DNA from: an uncultured Fibrobacteraceae bacterium
GTDB lineage: Bacteria > Krumholzibacteriota > Krumholzibacteriia > LZORAL124-64-63
NCBI GenBank assembly: GCA_964420395.1
Contig: CAYQTJ010000004.1
Coordinates: 2,506-66,505 of the forward strand
Reading direction: 5' to 3'
DNA: 64,000 bases
Shown: piece by piece, positions 10,126 to 18,753 of the stretch
Numbering within the stretch: the first letter of the stretch is position 1
How the letters are laid out: each line of letters starts with the position of its first letter
Position numbers and translations under genes: made by a program
The notes under the pieces: model-generated
Told to the model about the DNA's origin: nothing
What the model saw: only the letters and a program-made list of their open reading frames with translations
The model's database searches: none

Positions 10126-10146
10126 CGCCCGCGTCGCGCGCGGGCG
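10126..10146 (+). terminator. GC hairpin (cgcccgcg-tcgcg-cgcgggcg) immediately after the PAP2-like gene stop.
   Basis: 8-bp perfect stem read from the sequence. Weak U-tract. Confidence 0.25.
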
Positions 10147-10153
10147 AATCCGC

Positions 10154-10181
10154 TTGACACGCGCCTCCTCTCACCTAAGCT
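10154..10181 (+). promoter_or_regulatory. sigma70-like promoter upstream of the ParA-CBM48 gene: TTGACA-N16-TAAGCT.
   Basis: Perfect -35 hexamer at 10154-10159. -10-like hexamer at 10176-10181. Confidence 0.35.
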
Positions 10182-10294
10182 CCGCGGGAATGGCCGGTCC
10201 GGCGGACGGTCGGGGCCGTCCGTCCGCGGCCGACCGGGGGTGATCGGCCGGTCGTGCCGCGCCGCCACGGCGCGGGTGCGGAAAGGACGGGGTC

Positions 10295-11368
10295 ATGAGA
10301 ATCATCGCCCTGGCCAACCAGAAGGGCGGCTGCGGCAAGACGACGGTCGCCACCAATCTCGCCGCCGCGCTCGCCGAGTCCGGGCAGCGGGTGCTGCTGT
10401 TCGACAACGATCCGCAGGGGCACGCCACCCTCGCCAGCGGCCTGGGCGAGGGGGATTTCGCCGCCGGCGCGTACGATCTCTACCTCACCCTGGACGCGCG
10501 CGTCGAGGAGGTCCGGCGGACGGTCGCGCCGAACCTCGACCTGGTTCCGGCGGGGATCGAACTGAGCGCCGTCGAGCAGGCGCTCGCCGGCGAACCGGGT
10601 CGCGAGTGGCGCCTGCGCCGGGCGCTGGACCGTTCCTCCCTGCCCTACGATGTCGTGCTGATCGACTGCCCGCCCAGCGTCGGCCTGCTCACCTTCAACG
10701 CCCTGCTGGCCAGCGGCGAGGTGATCGTTCCGGTGGACGCGAGCGTGCAGAGCGCGCAGGCCGTGCGCAAGTTCCGCGAAACCCTGACGGTCATCGACGA
10801 GCGACGGGGCCACCAGGCCCGGCCGCGCCTGCTGCTGTCGAACCACGATCCCCGTTCGCGGTTCGCGCGCGACTTCGCGGCGGATCTCGCCCGGGACTTC
10901 GGCGACCTGCTGCTCGACACCGTGGTCCACCACACCGTGCGTCTGAAGGAGGCCGTCGCGGCCGGCCTGGCCGTGGGACGGCTCGACGCCGGCTCGCGGG
11001 GGGCGCGCGACTTCCGGAGCCTGGCGGCGGAACTGCTCGCGGCCGGCGCGGGCCTGGCCGATCCGGCGGCGTTCCCGTTGCCACCGGCGGCGGGCGGGCC
11101 GCTCCTGACCCCCGCGGGGGTGCGCTTCGCGGCGCGCTTCCCGGAGGCCCGCGCCGTGCGGGTTACCGGGTCGTTCACCGACTGGGCGGCGGAGGGGGAG
11201 CCGCTCACGGCGAAGGGTGACGGAGAGTGGGAGGCCGTGCTGCCGGTGCCGCCGGGGCGCTACGAGTACCGCTTCATCGTGGACGGCGACTGGCTGCCCG
11301 ACCCGCAGAACGCCGAGGCCGTGCCGAACGACTTCGGCGGCGTGAATTCCCTGCTGGTCGTGCCGTGA
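10295..11368 (+). CDS. ParA/MinD-family P-loop ATPase with a fused C-terminal CBM48-like (AMPK-beta glycogen-binding-type) domain.
   Basis: N-terminus has the deviant Walker A ALANQKGGCGKTT. The C-terminal ~85 aa read VRVTGSFTDWAAEGEPL...GEWEAVLPVPPGRYEYRFIVDGDWLPDP...DFGGVNSLLVV, which follows the AMPK-beta GBD/CBM48 pattern. Confidence 0.75.
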   Translation: MRIIALANQKGGCGKTTVATNLAAALAESGQRVLLFDNDPQGHATLASGLGEGDFAAGAYDLYLTLDARVEEVRRTVAPNLDLVPAGIELSAVEQALAGEPGREWRLRRALDRSSLPYDVVLIDCPPSVGLLTFNALLASGEVIVPVDASVQSAQAVRKFRETLTVIDERRGHQARPRLLLSNHDPRSRFARDFAADLARDFGDLLLDTVVHHTVRLKEAVAAGLAVGRLDAGSRGARDFRSLAAELLAAGAGLADPAAFPLPPAAGGPLLTPAGVRFAARFPEARAVRVTGSFTDWAAEGEPLTAKGDGEWEAVLPVPPGRYEYRFIVDGDWLPDPQNAEAVPNDFGGVNSLLVVP

Positions 11369-11381
11369 GATCGGGACGAAC

Positions 11382-12242
11382 GTGGCCGTCGAACTGACCC
11401 CCCGCAACCACGACATCCGCACCGTCGTCGACCACTTCCTCGAACCTGCGGTCGCCCCGGCGGGGCGCGCCCGGGGGGGGACGCGGGCCTATCGCTTCGC
11501 CGTGGCCGCCGGGGCCCACGGCTTCCTGGCCGCCTGGACCGCCGCGGGGCTCGCGCGGGCAAGCCTGCTGCTCGGCGGCAGCGGTGCCCGGCAGGCCCCG
11601 ATGCGGGTCACCCTCGAGGAGTGGCACCGGCAGGCGTGGGCCGCGGCGCCGTTCCTGGGGGGGGGCGACCGGGAGCGGCTGCGCACGCTGTTCCGCCCGG
11701 AGGCGTTCGGCCACGCGGAGGGGGACGCGCGGCGCTGGCTGGGCGGCGTGGAGGTGGTGCCGCCGCGCTTCGTCGGCCGATCCGGCGGCGGGGAGCCGGG
11801 ACCGGTCTGCGCCTGGATCAATCTGGGCGGGGTGGCGGGACGGTCGCTCGCGGCCCTCGAGGCGGCCCATGCCTGGGACGGGGGAGGTCTCTTCGACGGC
11901 GGCCTGGACGGGCTCGTGTGGTGCGTGCGCGCGGAGGAGGCGGGGGCGCTCGGCACCGCCTACGGCCTGGGCCGGCTGGCGGCGGCGCTGCGCCCGCGCC
12001 AACTGAAGCTGCTGGTCTACGCGGATGGGGCGCGGACCGGTGCCGCGCGGGACCGCTGGCGGGAACTGGCCGGGCTGGCCGCCCCCGCCGCGGCGATCGA
12101 ACTGCTCGCGGAGGCCTGCGATCCCCGGAGCGCGGCGGCGGAGGGGAGCGCCAGCCCGTTCGCCTCCCTGGCCGCCAGCCTGGCGCTCGGCGCGGAGGGG
12201 GCCAGGCGGTCGGGCGCCGCGGCGCGGGAGGCCGGCGCGTGA
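11382..12242 (+). CDS. Hypothetical protein. Possible partner or adaptor of the upstream ParA-like ATPase.
   Basis: GTG start 14 nt after the parA-like stop, on the same strand. No recognisable domains. High-GC ORF, so the call is tentative. Confidence 0.35.
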   Translation: MAVELTPRNHDIRTVVDHFLEPAVAPAGRARGGTRAYRFAVAAGAHGFLAAWTAAGLARASLLLGGSGARQAPMRVTLEEWHRQAWAAAPFLGGGDRERLRTLFRPEAFGHAEGDARRWLGGVEVVPPRFVGRSGGGEPGPVCAWINLGGVAGRSLAALEAAHAWDGGGLFDGGLDGLVWCVRAEEAGALGTAYGLGRLAAALRPRQLKLLVYADGARTGAARDRWRELAGLAAPAAAIELLAEACDPRSAAAEGSASPFASLAASLALGAEGARRSGAAAREAGA

Positions 12243-12556
12243 ACGGCGAGGCGGGAGCCGTGCAGGCGGGGCTGGTCCGCGCCGGACCGCTGCGGGAGGA
12301 CTTCCGCCGCTTCCTGGAACTGCTGGGCGAGCTCGACCCCGGTGTCACGCTGCACGAGGAACCGTTCCGGATCGTGGTCCGCCTCCACGGGCGCCCGCTC
12401 TGTGACTGCCACCCTCAATCCCACGCCGTGCACGTTCGGCTTGGCCGGGAGGCGGGGGGCGAGGTACGCTGTCGCACGCATGAGGACTTTGTCGACATCC
12501 TGGCGCGGTTGCTCGGCGAGCTGCGCGGCGCGGCCCGGCCGCTGCCGCCGGTCTGA
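12239..12556 (+). CDS. Small hypothetical protein, Cys/His-rich (CDCHPQSH...VRCRTHE).
   Basis: GTG start overlaps the upstream stop, suggesting translational coupling. No known family. Confidence 0.25.
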   Translation: MNGEAGAVQAGLVRAGPLREDFRRFLELLGELDPGVTLHEEPFRIVVRLHGRPLCDCHPQSHAVHVRLGREAGGEVRCRTHEDFVDILARLLGELRGAARPLPPV

Positions 12557-12586
12557 ACCGGACCGCGTGCGCGCGGCAGGCGCGGC

Positions 12587-13975
12587 GTGACGCGGGCGGG
12601 CGCGGCGCAATTCCTGTACGGCGGTTGCCTGCTGACCCTCCCGCTGATCGGGTGCGATCCGGTGCGCCTGGCGAGCGGGGCCGATCTGGGCGCCGGCTTC
12701 CAGCCGGCCTATCTGTTCCTGGCCGGGGCGACCCTGCTCGCCTGCGCCGCGACCGGGCGGCGGCGGCTGTGGGCCGGCTGGGCCGCGGCCCGTCCGTGGA
12801 GCACGCTCGGCCTGTGGGCCGCCGGGGCGGTGGCCGTCTCGGCGCTCGGCCTCGTGATCCGGCCTCCGGCGGGGGGGCCGGAAGCCGCGGCGCGGCTGTG
12901 GCGCCTGGGCAAGCAGTTCGGGCAGCTCCTGATCATGTTCACGTTCGTGGCCTGGCCGCTGCTCTGGACCCGGGGCAGCGCCCGCTGGGAGTGGACCCGC
13001 CGGCTGTTCGGCCTCGCCCTGCTCGGGCAACTGCTCTACGGGCTGGTGCAGGGGGCCCTGTTCGGCCACGCCTGCGCGCCGTTCGCGGCCCTGGAGCGGG
13101 TCTTCACCGCCAATCCTGCCATCCTGTCCGGCTCCGAGGAGCTGTACCTCGGCCACGGCTTCACCGGAATCCCCCGCCTGCGCGGCACCTGCTGCGAGCC
13201 GCTCTATCTCGGCAATTACCTCCTGCTGGCGCTGCCGGTGGTGCTGTTGCCGGGCGCACGGCATCGTCACCAGGCACTGGCGCTCGGCGGAGGCCTCCTG
13301 CTGCTGCTGACCTGGTCGCGCGGCGCCTGGCTGGCGGCGGGCGGCGCAGCCGTCGTCTGGGCGTTGCTGGCGGCGCGCGCGGGGCCTCGCCGGCGACCGG
13401 AGGCCGGGACGGAGTCCCCGCGGCGGTGGCTCATCGTTGCGGCGCTGTCGGGCATGGCGGTCGCGTTGCTGCTCTGGCGCCCCGACCTGGTCACGCTGCC
13501 GGCCCGACGGCTGGCGCAGTCGGTCAACCGCGAGGACTGGTCCAACCTCACGCGCCTCTACTCGATGCAGGCCGCCTGGCGCGCCTTCCTGCTGAGCCCG
13601 GTGGTGGGGGTGGGGTGGGGCCAGTTCGGCTTCCACTTCGTGGGGCTGGTCGATCCCCTCGGGCTGCAGAGCCAGTTCAGCTGGCCGGTCGTCAACTCCT
13701 ACCCGCTCCAGGTCCTCTGCGAAACGGGCCTCATCGGCTTCGCGGTCTTCGTCGGGGGGGCCGCGCTGGTGGCCCGGGCGATCGCGCGGGCGCTGGGCGG
13801 GGGAGGGGGAGTGGCGGGCGTCGAGGCCCGCCGCCGCACCGCCCTGCTCGCGGCGGCGCTCGTCGGGGTCTGGGGGCAGCTTCTGACGTTTTCCCAGTAC
13901 AACCTGCCCCACATATGGGTCGCCCTGGGGCTGCTGCTGGCGGCGACGCGGGAAGCGGAGGCGGGCCGTGGCTGA
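12587..13975 (+). CDS. O-antigen ligase / polymerase family membrane protein (WaaL/Wzy_C-like).
   Basis: Multi-TM protein. A central loop carries LLLLLTWSRGAWL, characteristic of the O-antigen ligase domain. Confidence 0.6.
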   Translation: MTRAGAAQFLYGGCLLTLPLIGCDPVRLASGADLGAGFQPAYLFLAGATLLACAATGRRRLWAGWAAARPWSTLGLWAAGAVAVSALGLVIRPPAGGPEAAARLWRLGKQFGQLLIMFTFVAWPLLWTRGSARWEWTRRLFGLALLGQLLYGLVQGALFGHACAPFAALERVFTANPAILSGSEELYLGHGFTGIPRLRGTCCEPLYLGNYLLLALPVVLLPGARHRHQALALGGGLLLLLTWSRGAWLAAGGAAVVWALLAARAGPRRRPEAGTESPRRWLIVAALSGMAVALLLWRPDLVTLPARRLAQSVNREDWSNLTRLYSMQAAWRAFLLSPVVGVGWGQFGFHFVGLVDPLGLQSQFSWPVVNSYPLQVLCETGLIGFAVFVGGAALVARAIARALGGGGGVAGVEARRRTALLAAALVGVWGQLLTFSQYNLPHIWVALGLLLAATREAEAGRG

Positions 13976-15152
13976 GCGCCCCCTCGTGCTGCTGGACGCC
14001 CTGCTGGTGCAGCCGGAGCCGACCGGCGTCGGGCGGTCGATCCTGGAACTGACCCGGGCGCTGGCGGCCCGGGACCGGGGCTTCGATTTCGGGCTGCTGA
14101 CCACGCATCCGGAAGCGTTCGCGCCGCTGGAGGGGGTGCCGGGCTGGCGGGTGCTCACCTGTGCCGGCGCTCGCGGCGGCACCCTGCGCAAGGCGCTGTA
14201 CACCCAGTTCGCCCTGCCGGCGCTGGCGACGCGCCTGCGGGCGGCGGTCCTGCACAGCCTGCAGTTCGTGGCGCCACTGAGGCTGCCGTGCCGGAGCGTG
14301 GTCACCGTGCACGACCTGGCCTTCCGCCGTTTCCCGGGCACGGTGGAGGTGCCGCGGCGCTGGTACTACGAGGCCCTGGTGCCGGCGACCCTGCGGCGCG
14401 CCGGCCGGGTCGTCACGAATTCGCAGGCGACCGCGGACGACGTGGCGGCGCTGTTCCCCTCCGTCAGGGGGCGCCTGCGGGTGACCCCCTTCGGCACCCC
14501 CTCCTGGGTCTGGGAGCAGCCGGAGCGGCGGCGGGAGGGGGAGGCCGGGGGTCCGTTCCTGTTCGTGGGGACGCTCGAGCCGCGGAAGAACCTGCCGCGT
14601 ATCCTGGAGGCTTTTCGCCGGTTCCGAAACCGGGCCGAGGCCGCCGGCGGGCCGCCGCCGCCCGTTCTGAGCCTGGTGGGCGGTCGCGGCTGGGGAGATT
14701 CCCCCCTGCGGGAGCCGATCCGGGCCCTCTCGGCGCGGGGGGCGCTGCGGCTCGAGGGGTACTGCCAGCCGGCTCGTTTGTGGGAACTGTACGGCGCGGC
14801 ACGGGCGTTGCTATTTCCCTCCCTTCACGAGGGTTTCGGCTTCCCGATCCTGGAGGCGATGGCGGCCGGCCTGCCGGTCCTGACCGCCGACCGGGGGGCG
14901 ATGCGGGAGGTGGCGGGGGACGCGGCGCTGCTCGTGGATCCCGACGACGTCGAAGCGATCGCCGACGGGCTCGCCCGGCTGGACCGGGACGCCGCGCTGC
15001 GGGCGCGATTGATCGCGCGCGGCAGGGAGCGGGCGCGGGAGTGGTCGTGGGAGCGCACGGCCGCGGCCACGGTGGCGGTTTACGCGGAGTTGGTGGCGGC
15101 GCCCGGTCCCCGCGACGAAATTGCCGTTGCCGCGCCTGAGGATAGCGTTTAG
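13968..15152 (+). CDS. Glycosyltransferase, family 4 (GT-B).
   Basis: FLFVGTLEPRKNLPRILEAF and EGFGFPILEAMAAGLPV, the EX7E region. Confidence 0.7.
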   Translation: MAERPLVLLDALLVQPEPTGVGRSILELTRALAARDRGFDFGLLTTHPEAFAPLEGVPGWRVLTCAGARGGTLRKALYTQFALPALATRLRAAVLHSLQFVAPLRLPCRSVVTVHDLAFRRFPGTVEVPRRWYYEALVPATLRRAGRVVTNSQATADDVAALFPSVRGRLRVTPFGTPSWVWEQPERRREGEAGGPFLFVGTLEPRKNLPRILEAFRRFRNRAEAAGGPPPPVLSLVGGRGWGDSPLREPIRALSARGALRLEGYCQPARLWELYGAARALLFPSLHEGFGFPILEAMAAGLPVLTADRGAMREVAGDAALLVDPDDVEAIADGLARLDRDAALRARLIARGRERAREWSWERTAAATVAVYAELVAAPGPRDEIAVAAPEDSV

Positions 15153-15203
15153 CCTGCCGTAGCGACCAGCCGGCGATCGAGCCGCCAGGACAAGGAGCGC
15201 CGC

Positions 15204-16505
15204 GTGGATAGGGAGATCGTCGCGCTGTTGTGCGGACTGCTGGCGTTCAGCATGTCGTGGCTGGTGCAGCCGCACTTCCGCAACCTCGGCTTCCTCACCA
15301 AGATCGTGGACCATCCCGGCTACCGTCGCTCCCATCTGGAGCCGGTTCCGCGCACCGGCGGCATGGCCATATTCATCTCCTTCTTCTTCACCCTCTACAT
15401 CCAGGAGCGCCTCAGCCTCACGGATGCCATGCCGTGGTCGTGGCTCGGCATCCTGATCGGGGCCGGCCTGGCGATCCTGGCGCTGGGAGTGGGCGACGAT
15501 CGCTTCGGGATCCACGCGGAGAAGAAGCTCTACGGGCAGCTGCTCGTGATCGTGGGGCTGATGCTGTTCGGGCAGCGGCTCGAGGTGGTGAACCTGCCGC
15601 CGTTCGGCGAGGTGAACCTCGGCGGCTGGGCCTGGCCGGTCACCATGCTCTGGTACCTCGGCTTCATCAATTCGATGAACCTGATCGACGGGCTCGACGG
15701 ACTGGCGAGCGGCATCAGCGTGCTGGTCCTGCTCTCGCTCGGCGCGATCTCCCTGGCGGTGGGCGAATTCGTGCCGCTGGTGTGCGCGGCCACGCTGTGC
15801 GGGGCGACCGTGGCCTTCTTCTACTGGAACATCAGCCGGCGCAAGATCTTCCTCGGCGACTCCGGCAGCATGTGGATGGGGCTCGTGCTCGGCACGCTGC
15901 TGCTCGACCTGGGGCGCCGGACGAGCGTGGCGCTGCCGGTCCTGCTGGCGCCGATGGTGGTGCCGATCTGGGACACAGGAACCACGATCATCCGCCGCTG
16001 GCGCAAGCGGGCGTCGATCTTCCAGGCCGACGATTATCACCTGCACCACCGCCTGGTGCGGGTCGGCTTCTCGCCCCGCGCCGCGGTGGCGTTCCTGCTG
16101 CTGATCACCGCCGGCACCGTCCTGTTCGCGATGTCCGATTTTCTGGGCGCGCCGTGGATCGGGATGCCGGCGCTCGGTTGCTGGCTGCTCTCCCTGCACC
16201 TCGAAGCGACGCAGCACCGGCGCAACCGCGCGCTCGGCTTCGACTCGTTCACCGAAATCCTCTACATCCTCGGCTTCGACGACCGGCTCGAACTGCGCCT
16301 CGGGGCGCGGGGACGCAGGGTGGCGGAGATCGTCGACCTCCAGGCCGAGCGGCAGCGCGTGGAACGCACGCTCGCGGCGGCCGTCGGCGGCAGCGCGCCG
16401 GAGCGACTGGCGTCGCCCGCGCCGCGCCGACGCTCGACCAAGGCCGGCGCGGTGGAGGAAGCGGGCGAGGATGTCGTTCTCCCCACTACCCGCGATCTTT
16501 CTTGA
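15204..16505 (+). CDS. Polyprenyl-phosphate N-acetylhexosamine-1-phosphate transferase (WecA/MraY glycosyltransferase family 4).
   Basis: Multi-TM. Motifs DDxxD-like (GVGDDRFGI), NLIDGLDGLA and FLGDSGS. It has a C-terminal soluble extension. Confidence 0.7.
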   Translation: MDREIVALLCGLLAFSMSWLVQPHFRNLGFLTKIVDHPGYRRSHLEPVPRTGGMAIFISFFFTLYIQERLSLTDAMPWSWLGILIGAGLAILALGVGDDRFGIHAEKKLYGQLLVIVGLMLFGQRLEVVNLPPFGEVNLGGWAWPVTMLWYLGFINSMNLIDGLDGLASGISVLVLLSLGAISLAVGEFVPLVCAATLCGATVAFFYWNISRRKIFLGDSGSMWMGLVLGTLLLDLGRRTSVALPVLLAPMVVPIWDTGTTIIRRWRKRASIFQADDYHLHHRLVRVGFSPRAAVAFLLLITAGTVLFAMSDFLGAPWIGMPALGCWLLSLHLEATQHRRNRALGFDSFTEILYILGFDDRLELRLGARGRRVAEIVDLQAERQRVERTLAAAVGGSAPERLASPAPRRRSTKAGAVEEAGEDVVLPTTRDLS

Positions 16506-17139
16506 CGACCTGGCGCGGAGCGCCGGCCGACCCGCCCTCGAGGTGGGGTGCGGCGACGGACGCTTCAGCGCCGTGCTCGCGGCCCACGGGGCGCGCCCGT
16601 GGCGGCTCGACCGTCTGCCGCCGCGCCGGGGCACGGTGGCCGACGCCGTGGCCGACGCGCGCGCGCTGCCGCTGGCGGACGGGAGCCTGGGGCTGCTGGT
16701 CGCCGCCAACCTGCTGCGGCACCTCTGGTCGCCCCGCGGCCCGGAGGCGGTGCCCGAGGATTGGCTCCGCTGCATCGCCCCCGACGGCCGGCTCTGGATC
16801 TTCGAGGACGAGCCGGTGTCGCGGCCGCCGGCCGCGCGGCACTACCGGGACGCGATGACCCTGCTGGCGAGGCTCGACCCGGGAGGGCGCCGGCCGCTGC
16901 TGCCGCTCGGCCGGTTCCTGGCGCGGCTGGACGCGGCGGGACGAAGGGACGGCTGGAGGCACGGCATGGCGGTCAACGCCACGCCCGCGGCGGCGCCCGG
17001 AGCGCTGGCGGAGCTGCTCGCCGGGCAGGGGGGTGGGCCCGAGGCGCCCGGCGTCCGGCTGGCGGCCGCCATCCGGCGCGAAGGCCTCAGCTACGGGCCG
17101 TACTGGTGGGCGCGCTGGAGCCGGGAGGAGTCGGCGTGA
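16471..17139 (+). CDS. Class I SAM-dependent methyltransferase.
   Basis: Motif I LEVGCGDGR. A post-I acidic loop. The start may lie downstream of 16471, since it overlaps the WecA-like gene. Confidence 0.5.
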   Translation: MSFSPLPAIFLDDLARSAGRPALEVGCGDGRFSAVLAAHGARPWRLDRLPPRRGTVADAVADARALPLADGSLGLLVAANLLRHLWSPRGPEAVPEDWLRCIAPDGRLWIFEDEPVSRPPAARHYRDAMTLLARLDPGGRRPLLPLGRFLARLDAAGRRDGWRHGMAVNATPAAAPGALAELLAGQGGGPEAPGVRLAAAIRREGLSYGPYWWARWSREESA

Positions 17140-18470
17140 ACGGCTGGCGACGTCGGGGGGCGGGACTGGCGGCCGGGGGGGCGGCGCTGCTGCTGGGCGT
17201 GGCCGGCCTGCTGCTGGACGGCCCCCGGGGCCTGGTGGACTGGCGCGCCGCGCGCGTGGTGGTCCTCGAGAGCGACGACTGGGGCCTGAGCGGCTTCTTC
17301 CCGGAGAGCGCGCCGGCCGCCCCGGCGCGGGCCCTGCTCGGCGGGGGCTTCCCGGCCCCCTATTGGGACTCGACGCTCGAGGACAGCCTCGATGTGGCGT
17401 CCCTGGCCGCGCTCCTGGCGAGGCACGTCGGGCGGGACGGCCTGCCGCCGGTCCTGCAGGCGAACATGATCGTCTCCGCCCTGGAGCCTGAGCGGGCGGA
17501 GGGGGACGCCGCCGCGCCGCTCGCCTGGCGGCGGATCGACCTGCCCGACCTGCCGCGCGGCTACCCGCGCCCCGGCCTGGCCGCGGCGGTGGACGCGGCG
17601 ATCGCCGCGGGGGTCTGGCGGCCCGAGTTCCACGGCGCCTTCCACTACGATCCCGCCCGCCGCCGCGCGGCGCTGGAGTCGCGTCCCGATCTGCGCCCGT
17701 TGCTCGAGGAGACGGTGCTGTTTCCCGGCAGCGACACGGCGTGGGAATTGGGGGCCTGGCGGGCCACCGGGGAGTTGCGGGCGGAACTGGCCGCGGCCGT
17801 GGCGGTCTTCACGGCCCGCTTCGGCCACCGCCCGGTGTCGATCTGCGCGCCCGACTACGTCTGGGATCCCCGTTGCGAGGGGCTGTGGGCGGAGCAGGGG
17901 CTGACGGTGATCCAGGCCAAGCGCGAGCAGCGCGACTCCCGCCGGCCGGGGGGCGGGCCGGCGGCGCGGTTGCGCAAGGTGCTCGGGCGTGCCTGGGATC
18001 GCTGGCGCCACCCGGAGCGGCTCTACCTCGACCGCAATTGCCGGTTCGAGCCGGCGCAGGCGGCCGACAGCGCGGCCGCCGTGGCGGGCTGTGTCGCCGC
18101 GGTCCGGCGGGCCTGGGCTCGCGGCGAGCCGGCCGTCATCGAGACCCACCGCGTGAACTTCGTCAGCCTCGCCCCCGGGGCCGCCGCGCGGGGGCGGCGC
18201 CAACTCGACCTCCTGCTGGCTGCCCTGGCGGCCGAGCCGGGGGGAGGGCCCCTCTATCTGACCGATGCCGAACTGGCCCAATTGGCGCGGGGAGGCACCT
18301 GCCTGGCGTGGCGCGGCGACCGCGTCGTGCTCCGCAACCTGACCCGCGGGACCCGCGTGGCGACGATTCCCGGCCCGGCGGGCGGGGCGGACTCGCTGCT
18401 GGCGATCGCCCCCGGGACCACGCTCGTCCGGCGGGCCGCGGGGGGCCATTTGCGGGCGCCCCGACGGTGA
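17136..18470 (+). CDS. Hypothetical protein with an N-terminal TM anchor. Possibly polysaccharide-deacetylase/DUF2334-like.
   Basis: GTG start overlaps the upstream stop. Weak resemblance only. Confidence 0.35.
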   Translation: MNGWRRRGAGLAAGGAALLLGVAGLLLDGPRGLVDWRAARVVVLESDDWGLSGFFPESAPAAPARALLGGGFPAPYWDSTLEDSLDVASLAALLARHVGRDGLPPVLQANMIVSALEPERAEGDAAAPLAWRRIDLPDLPRGYPRPGLAAAVDAAIAAGVWRPEFHGAFHYDPARRRAALESRPDLRPLLEETVLFPGSDTAWELGAWRATGELRAELAAAVAVFTARFGHRPVSICAPDYVWDPRCEGLWAEQGLTVIQAKREQRDSRRPGGGPAARLRKVLGRAWDRWRHPERLYLDRNCRFEPAQAADSAAAVAGCVAAVRRAWARGEPAVIETHRVNFVSLAPGAAARGRRQLDLLLAALAAEPGGGPLYLTDAELAQLARGGTCLAWRGDRVVLRNLTRGTRVATIPGPAGGADSLLAIAPGTTLVRRAAGGHLRAPRR

Positions 18471-18474
18471 GGAA

Positions 18475-18504
18475 TTGACCCGCCGTCCCTGCTTGTGATA
18501 TCCT
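18475..18504 (+). promoter_or_regulatory. sigma70-like promoter with an extended -10: TTGACC-N18-(TGa)TATCCT. Upstream of the first giant protease gene.
   Basis: -35 at 18475-18480. TG at 18496-18497. -10-like hexamer at 18499-18504. This leaves a ~245-nt leader before the ATG at 18754. Confidence 0.35.
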
Positions 18505-18753
18505 AATAACCAGATCCGGATTCTGGGGAATCTCACCCGCTTTCCTCGGGACCCGGGCCTGCGCCAGTCAAGACAGCGGGCGCGCCGGGCGCGCCGATGA
18601 GACAGCAACCAGCGCTGGACCGGCGGGCTGGTGCCCCGGCCCATTCGCCATCCCGATCGCGCGGCATGCAGGATCCACGTCGTCTCCGGCCGGGCCGGAG
18701 GCAGCTCCCCTGCCGTAGCCCTATCGCCCACCCCCGTCGTTCGGAGGCCGCGG

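Noticed and set aside
7992-10174. ORFs 7992-10157 (+) and 8149-10050 (-) overlapping glnA and the PAP2 gene.
   Set aside because: glnA is unambiguous in its own frame. The alternates are low-complexity.
11621-14341. ORFs 11621-12556 (+, in part), 12017-14341 (-) and 12625-14052 (+, alternate frame) across the ParA-neighbour and WaaL region.
   Set aside because: They are low-complexity and overlap better-supported genes. Only the 3' portion of 11621-12556 was kept, as the tentative small ORF at 12239-12556.
18580-18596. Palindrome gcgcgcc-g-ggcgcgc in the leader of the first giant gene.
   Set aside because: Short GC palindromes are common at this GC content. It has no flanking U-tract and no obvious partner motif.
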